From contig JALVDN010000241.1 of the NCBI GenBank assembly GCA_027008965.1, positions 1-26,798 on the forward strand: a stretch of 26,798 nt of DNA, read 5' to 3'. Below, piece after piece: positions 26,323 through 26,798 of the stretch. The DNA is from Flavobacteriales bacterium (GTDB lineage Bacteria; Bacteroidota; Bacteroidia; Flavobacteriales; Flavobacteriaceae). The notes under the pieces are model-generated. The model did not search any database and had not been told where the DNA came from. It was given only the letters and a program-made list of their open reading frames with translations. The position numbers and the translations under genes were made by a program. Positions within the stretch are counted from its first letter, which is position 1. Each line of letters opens with the position of its first letter.

Positions 26323-26798
26323 ATGAAGGAAAAATTTCCTGTCATAAAACAAAGGTTTATCGAGGTATCGGAAATGCTCTCCAACCCTGATATCATCAAA
26401 GATAGAAAACGCTATATTGATGTAAACAAGGAGTATAAGGATTTAAAACCGCTTGTGGAGAAAATAAAAAAATTCGAAATCTTGAACGCCAATTTATCCG
26501 AGGCACAAAATATTATCATAGAAAATAGTGATCACGAGTTGGTTCAAATGGCCAAAGAAGAAACAGAACTTTTGGAAAAACAACTAGCTGAATTGGAAGA
26601 AGAAATCAAATGGCTGATGATTCCCAAAGACAAAGAGGATGCTAAAAATGCCGTGATGGAAATCAGGGCCGGCACCGGTGGGGACGAGGCGAGTATTTTT
26701 GCCGGTGATTTGTTCAGGATGTATTCCAAATATGCCGAAAAAAAGGGTTGGAAAATAGAAATTGTAGATTTCAGTGAAGGAACTGTTGGTGGATTTAA
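26323..26798 (+). CDS. prfA: Peptide chain release factor 1 (3'-partial; missing from the ORF track)
   Basis: My translation reads MKEKFPVIKQRFIEVSEMLSNPDII...PKDKEDAKNAVMEIRAGTGGDEASIFAGDLFRMY...EGTVGGF and stays open to the window end. Confidence 0.95.
   Translation, partial: MKEKFPVIKQRFIEVSEMLSNPDIIKDRKRYIDVNKEYKDLKPLVEKIKKFEILNANLSEAQNIIIENSDHELVQMAKEETELLEKQLAELEEEIKWLMIPKDKEDAKNAVMEIRAGTGGDEASIFAGDLFRMYSKYAEKKGWKIEIVDFSEGTVGGF

Noticed and set aside
1350-26729. Numerous antisense and alternate-frame ORFs of 60-160 aa inside recognised genes
   Set aside because: They are shadows of well-supported CDSs, with no motifs or independent expression signals.

Overview
AT-rich core-genome window from a Bacteroidota organism, most likely Flavobacteriia-like. 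Evidence: TAnnTTTG -7 promoter boxes, A-rich leaders without Shine-Dalgarno motifs, and gld/T9SS genes. Gene content left to right: the 3' end of a PhoR-like histidine kinase; a ~620-bp GC-rich island of stacked repeats and palindromes; a complete alternative complex III operon (actABCDEF); a SPOR-domain gene; a minus-strand mreB-mreC-mreD-mrdA-rodA operon; a MacB/FtsX-type ABC permease; gldJ, topA, a degenerate arginase-fold gene, gldKLMN; and the 5' part of prfA. No tRNA, rRNA, CRISPR array or transposase was seen, and I found no new multi-gene system. The most unusual signals are: (1) a three-copy non-coding element (331-564 minus, 792-946 plus, 14811-14967 plus) whose stems show compensatory base changes, suggesting a conserved RNA or ssDNA fold rather than a plain repeat; (2) an ACIII whose ActA lacks the N-terminal monoheme domain and whose operon ends at actF with no oxidase genes, preceded by a Fur-box-like palindrome; (3) gldJ placed in the same co-oriented run as topA and gldKLMN. 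Gene calls come from motif recognition by eye. No database searches were run, and comparisons with other genomes are from memory.
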